Of a stretch of 64,000 nucleotides of DNA, positions 59,689 to 64,000 are shown one piece after another (the first letter of the stretch is position 1; each line of letters opens with the position of its first letter). This DNA comes from Planctomycetota bacterium (GTDB taxonomy: Bacteria > Planctomycetota > B15-G4), in contig CBDFJQ010000002.1 of NCBI GenBank assembly GCA_965248575.1, forward strand, positions 1,024,001 to 1,088,000, read 5' to 3'. The translations under genes were made by a program, and so were the position numbers. The notes below the pieces were generated by a model. That model was not told where the DNA came from, ran no database searches, and worked only from the letters and a program-made list of their open reading frames with translations.

Positions 59689-60872
59689 AGCAGCTGCACC
59701 AGTTCGGCACCGGGATAGTAGCGGGTGAGGAGGACACGGTAGCCAGCACCGCGCCGTGCGAAACCGCTGGCCCCGTACTGGCAGAGGCCCACTCCATGTC
59801 CCCAGCCGTGACCGTTGACGAGAAGATGCGTTCCGTTTGTTCCTGAGAACTCGATGCTCGGCGCCGAGGACCAGCGCGTCGAGAGCACTTGCTCCTTCCA
59901 TGACTGCCCCTTGGACACCCTGTCACGGAAGTCATGAACACGGATCTGCGCTTCCTGGCCCCCTGCGGTGACACGAATCCAACTTGGCCGGCCCGGCCAA
60001 GCCTCCAAGTCGACGGCCACCGCCTGCAAGGGAGCTTCAGGAAGACCAGCGGCCGCGCAGACCAAGGCCGCTGATACACGGCGCTGCCAACTCCAGGTGG
60101 GAGAGTGACGGCAGTCCGCACAAACGACCTCTTCATCGAGCAAACCACCGGCCGCATTGGGAAACACATCCCGTGCTCGAGCCGTCGCTCCGCCGCACGT
60201 CGATTGGAACCAGGCCGAGATCACGAGCCCCTCATGGGTGAGGACCTGCCCGGCTGTGGTCGCGATGGCCTGGCCCGACAACCAGGTCTCCACGCCCATG
60301 CCGCCATAGACCTGGCTGCGCACATCAGGATGCAACCAACCGCGCTGAGCCCCTTCCGACAGGGCGTAGCTGCGGGCGGCCACGGCCTGGGCCTTGAGTG
60401 CTTCCAGCCCGAAGCGGTCCGGCATCTCACCCGGGAGAACGCCGCGCAGGTAGTCCTCGATGGACAAGCGATTCACGACGCGCAGCGTCCCCTGCGGGGA
60501 CACTTCGATTCGCACCAACCCGCGATAGCGTTTCCCGCCCACCCGCAGTGGCGACCCATCCAACGACCGAAGCTCGTAGGGCGGGGCCTCGAGCTGGAGA
60601 TCGTTGAGCATCAACAGCCCATCCAGAAGCTGCAGCGTGCTGTCCGGATCCAGCTGCGACCCGCTCAACGGGACCGCGCCCAACTCGTGCAGCAGTTCGC
60701 AGTCGCCATCCCCACCGAGGGTCGCCGGACGGTCCGAGGGCAACGCAAGGCGGACATCGACCCAACCGGGACGCCGCTCGCCAAACGCAGGCAGATCTGG
60801 AGGCGGTCCCGGGGAGCACGACACCAGCGCACCCAGCAGGATGAGCACCGTCAGAAGCGGGTCTCGCAGCAC
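59685..60872 (-). CDS. SpoIID/LytB-family lytic transglycosylase, lipoprotein
   Basis: LVSC lipobox; YLRGVLPGEM, ALKAQAVAARSY, QVYGG, STCGG, GHGVGLCQYGA, YYPG. Confidence 0.93.
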   Translation of the reverse strand: MLRDPLLTVLILLGALVSCSPGPPPDLPAFGERRPGWVDVRLALPSDRPATLGGDGDCELLHELGAVPLSGSQLDPDSTLQLLDGLLMLNDLQLEAPPYELRSLDGSPLRVGGKRYRGLVRIEVSPQGTLRVVNRLSIEDYLRGVLPGEMPDRFGLEALKAQAVAARSYALSEGAQRGWLHPDVRSQVYGGMGVETWLSGQAIATTAGQVLTHEGLVISAWFQSTCGGATARARDVFPNAAGGLLDEEVVCADCRHSPTWSWQRRVSAALVCAAAGLPEAPLQAVAVDLEAWPGRPSWIRVTAGGQEAQIRVHDFRDRVSKGQSWKEQVLSTRWSSAPSIEFSGTNGTHLLVNGHGWGHGVGLCQYGASGFARRGAGYRVLLTRYYPGAELVQLL

Positions 60873-60878
60873 AGCGCG

Positions 60879-61916
60879 TCAGCCGTCGAAGAGCGTGCCC
60901 GGAGGATCCGAGAGCTCCAGGCCCAGATGAGCCCTGGCAGCGTCCGTCAGGATGCGACCGCGGGGGGTCCTGGACAGGAAGCCCAGTCGGATCAAATGGG
61001 GCTCGTAGACCAGCTCGAGGGTGTCCGGCTCCTCACCCACGGCCACCGACAGGGTGCCGAGCCCGGCGGGCCCACCGCCCAATCGCGCCAGGGCCCCGAG
61101 GATCCGACGATCCATGTCCTCCAGCCCCAAGGCGTCGATCCCCAGCATGGCCAAGCCGGTGTCCACCACCTGGTGGGTGATGGCGCCTTCGGAGGAGAGA
61201 TCCGCGACGTCTCGCAGCCGCCGCAACAGGCGGTTGGCGATGCGAGGCACTCCCCGGGCCCGCTCCGCCACCCGCTCGGCGGCCGCATCCGCCCATTGGC
61301 AATCGAGCCGCTTGGCTGAGCGAATCAGGATCTCCCGGATGTCCTCCGAGCTGTAGGGCACCAATTTCTCGGCGATTCCGAAGCGGGAGCGCAAGGGCTG
61401 GGTGAGCAGCCCCTCGCGGGTCGTGGCGCCCACCAGGGTGAATGGCTGGACGGAAAGACGGACCGATCGCGCCCCCGGCCCCTGGTCGATGACCACATCG
61501 ACGGCGAGATCCTCCATGGCGGCGTAGAGGTACTCCTCCACGGCCCGGGGCAAGCGATGGATCTCATCCACGAACAGCACGTCGCCTTGCTCCAGGCCGG
61601 TCAGGAGGCCCACGAGGTCGCCGGGGCGCTCAAGTGCCGGCCCGGAAGTGATTTTCAGCGGCGAACCCATCTCAGCCGCCACCAAATGCGCCAAAGTGGT
61701 CTTTCCGAGGCCTGGAGGGCCAGAAAGCAGCACATGGTCCAGGGCGCCCCCACGTCGGCGATTCGCCTCGATCCACGTCCTGAGGTTGCTCGCGACCCGC
61801 TCCTGCCCTACGAACTCCTCGAAGTTCCTGGGGCGGAGTGCGCCCTCGGCGTCGTCCCTCTCGCCCGCCATGGCCTGGAAGACACTCTTCGCCTCATGCG
61901 CCTCGTGATCCGTCAT
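60879..61916 (-). CDS. ruvB: Holliday junction branch migration helicase RuvB
   Basis: LRP..F.EFVGQ, GPPGLGKTT, DEIHR, GATTR, RGVPRIANRLLRR, RTPRGR. Confidence 0.97.
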   Translation of the reverse strand: MTDHEAHEAKSVFQAMAGERDDAEGALRPRNFEEFVGQERVASNLRTWIEANRRRGGALDHVLLSGPPGLGKTTLAHLVAAEMGSPLKITSGPALERPGDLVGLLTGLEQGDVLFVDEIHRLPRAVEEYLYAAMEDLAVDVVIDQGPGARSVRLSVQPFTLVGATTREGLLTQPLRSRFGIAEKLVPYSSEDIREILIRSAKRLDCQWADAAAERVAERARGVPRIANRLLRRLRDVADLSSEGAITHQVVDTGLAMLGIDALGLEDMDRRILGALARLGGGPAGLGTLSVAVGEEPDTLELVYEPHLIRLGFLSRTPRGRILTDAARAHLGLELSDPPGTLFDG

Positions 61917-61984
61917 GGGGTCATGGTACCGCCAGGTCTCCCGGATCAACACTGTCAGCCAGCCAGAGCAATACACGTCACAGC

Positions 61985-62013
61985 TTGACTCCGTAGGCCC
62001 GCCCCCTGAGAAT
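61985..62013 (+). promoter_or_regulatory. Putative sigma70 promoter for the large lipoprotein gene
   Basis: TTGACT-N17-GAGAAT, about 150 nt upstream of the ATG. Confidence 0.45.
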
Positions 62014-62163
62014 CGAACCTGATGCATCCTGTGCCCAACTGGACGAAGTCAGCTGGCCAGCAGCCAGTGTCCAGGGCCCCGAAGCAGGGTTTGGGATGTC
62101 TCAGAGGTAGGCACTCCGGTTCCCCGATCTGTCTCCGCCGTCCATAGACTGCAGGACCCTTCC

Positions 62164-64000
62164 ATGATGAAGACCTTCAAGTTCACGCTGCTGTCCGCCG
62201 GCCTCGCTCTGTCCCTGACTGCCTGTTTTGGCAGCGGTGGGGGTGGTGGGGGTGGAGGCGACAGCAAGCCATCTGCGTTCCAGGAGATCATCACGACCGC
62301 GACGACGGGCGCTGATGGCAGCTGGGGGCGCGTCGACATCCTTGACGGCGGCACACCGGTGCTGGTGCCGGGCGACCCGACGGATCCCGGGAACATCGCT
62401 CCGAACCCCGCCAAGCGTGCCCTGCTCGACACCTTCATGAAGACGCAGACGGACCTGAACGGGGACCTCGTCGACAATGATGCGGACGGCATCGCCGACG
62501 CAGATGTCGGATTCGATGCCTACACCACGGGCACGAGTACACAGACTGGGTCCTCCAAGCGCATCTTCGCTGCCAACAACATCTACGACCTGTTCCAGAC
62601 CACCACGGGTCGGACGATAGGTGGCATCCCCACTTTGAATACCTCGGCACCACCCTTCACGGGTGGGGACCGGGATGCCGACGGAATCACGGATGGTGGC
62701 CCGGGCGTCTTCGCCAATGTGCCCTTCTCCATCATTCCGTCGCTCCCGACGTTGCCCAACTTCATGGGCACCCCGGACGGCAGCGGCTCCGGCCGTGGGC
62801 CGGGCGTCGGCGACGACCAGCACCAGTTCATCCAGATCGAGTTCCCGTTCAAGTTGAACCGCGACAGCCTGTTCAACTTCTTGGATCAGGGGAACTCCTT
62901 CTTGGGTGACCCCAGTGACCCCGGCAACGTGATCATCGAGAAGCGCTGGGTCTCGCGCCCCGATGCTGCCGACCAGGTCAACGTCATCGACCACACCTTC
63001 GAGCACGCCCACGTGCCCGGCATCGCCATCATCGGCGGCATCTGCGCCGTGCCCCTGCAACAGGGTTTCTCCACGCTCACCACGATCGATCCCGACCTGA
63101 GCAACATCCCTGAAGGTGCGCGCGCCAAGCTGCTCGATCCGAGGGTCCTGACGTACATCGCGCATGAGGCGCCCGGGACCATCACGACGGCCAACCCCGT
63201 GGGCAGCACGGCGGGACACATCACTCCGGATGGCGTGCTGGTCCTCCCCGACCCCTCCACGGGTTTGGGTGGGCGCGTCTTCGGAGCCAACACCACGGTG
63301 CCCAGTTCGGTCAACGACTTCGCCGCCGATGGCAACGCCATCCCATCCGCAGCCGTGGGCTTCATGTCCGTCAACATCACGCACCTGCGCAAGGGCAACG
63401 AGCTGGTCGAGTACCCCTACTTCCACTCGTTCCCCATGAGTCAGACCAGCGTGGGCATGGACCCCTTGGCCATCAATGGCTCCTTCAACCGCGGCCCCGC
63501 CATTGAAGTGGATGCCATCAGTCGCATCCCCGCCATCGATGTGATGGATCCGTCCGTTGACTACCTGGGCAACTTCGACCCCAACCCGGTGGACGACACC
63601 GTCAACACGGTTTCGACCAAGGCGCGCTTCGTGGTCAACTTCGACAAGGAAGTGGTGCCCAACTCCGTGGGCTTCTCGAAGGCCTACACCATCCACTCGG
63701 TGGCGGGCCAGGGCCTGGTGTTTCCCTTCAACGGCAACACGCGGCCCATCCCCAGCCCGGCCGGAAGCTTCACCTTGGGCGTGATCGGCGCACCGCTCGC
63801 TCCGAGCATCTACATCGCCGTGAACCAGCCGGTCCAGGTCGCCGTGAACAACCCCTTTGTGAAGAGCGGGGGGACCACTACGGACGCGGGTGACCCCATC
63901 GCAAACCTGGCTGACCCCAACTTCAACATGAACCTGTTGAACGGGCTGTTCCCCCAGGAGCACAACACGCTGGCGACCCTGCCTCGCGGTGTCGTGCCTT
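62164..64000 (+). CDS. Large surface lipoprotein with poly-Gly linker, DxDxDG motifs and beta-rich/Ig-like regions (runs off window; not in ORF track)
   Basis: MMKTFKFTLLSAGLALSLTAC-FGSGGGGGGGG; DLNGD, DNDADGIAD, DRDADGITD; open for more than 600 codons to the edge with strong GC3 bias. Confidence 0.88.
   Translation, partial: MMKTFKFTLLSAGLALSLTACFGSGGGGGGGGDSKPSAFQEIITTATTGADGSWGRVDILDGGTPVLVPGDPTDPGNIAPNPAKRALLDTFMKTQTDLNGDLVDNDADGIADADVGFDAYTTGTSTQTGSSKRIFAANNIYDLFQTTTGRTIGGIPTLNTSAPPFTGGDRDADGITDGGPGVFANVPFSIIPSLPTLPNFMGTPDGSGSGRGPGVGDDQHQFIQIEFPFKLNRDSLFNFLDQGNSFLGDPSDPGNVIIEKRWVSRPDAADQVNVIDHTFEHAHVPGIAIIGGICAVPLQQGFSTLTTIDPDLSNIPEGARAKLLDPRVLTYIAHEAPGTITTANPVGSTAGHITPDGVLVLPDPSTGLGGRVFGANTTVPSSVNDFAADGNAIPSAAVGFMSVNITHLRKGNELVEYPYFHSFPMSQTSVGMDPLAINGSFNRGPAIEVDAISRIPAIDVMDPSVDYLGNFDPNPVDDTVNTVSTKARFVVNFDKEVVPNSVGFSKAYTIHSVAGQGLVFPFNGNTRPIPSPAGSFTLGVIGAPLAPSIYIAVNQPVQVAVNNPFVKSGGTTTDAGDPIANLADPNFNMNLLNGLFPQEHNTLATLPRGVVP

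Noticed and set aside
62101..63963. 620-aa minus-strand ORF
   Set aside because: Antisense to the lipoprotein gene, which has a lipobox, coherent motifs and a promoter-like sequence

Overview
GC-rich, densely coding bacterial chromosome segment, most likely a Planctomycetota/PVC member. This is inferred from a double-length UvrA, lineage-typical hypothetical families, a CT017-like SH3 protein and an excisionase-HTH response regulator. About 55 CDSs and two tRNAs (Asn-GTT, Val-GAC) are supported; no transposase, integrase, prophage or CRISPR array was seen. Most content is housekeeping: gap-pgk-rpe-accD, sahR-ahcY, mrp-DUF971-glyA, purC-purE-mtnA, thiE-like-thiL-tsaE, nadD, dinB, ald, gmd-rmd, cstA, ruvB-spoIID-tgt. 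The most striking candidate system is a repair module: a four-ATPase fused UvrA dimer translationally coupled to a bacterial XPB helicase, followed by a Helicase_C_3 (p52/Tfb2-like) partner. Other notable items are two divergent but catalytically intact TGT paralogues, two candidate nucleoid-associated proteins, a peptidoglycan-remodelling set (SpoIID, PGRP-like amidase, PBP4, UppP), a SahR operator over a leaderless promoter, several other leaderless genes, a tRNA-Val with C33, a degenerate ThiE and a split HCF101-like pair. Three real genes are absent from the ORF track: two that run off the window ends and a 49-aa DUF5989-like peptide. All assignments come from motif recognition by eye; no searches were run.
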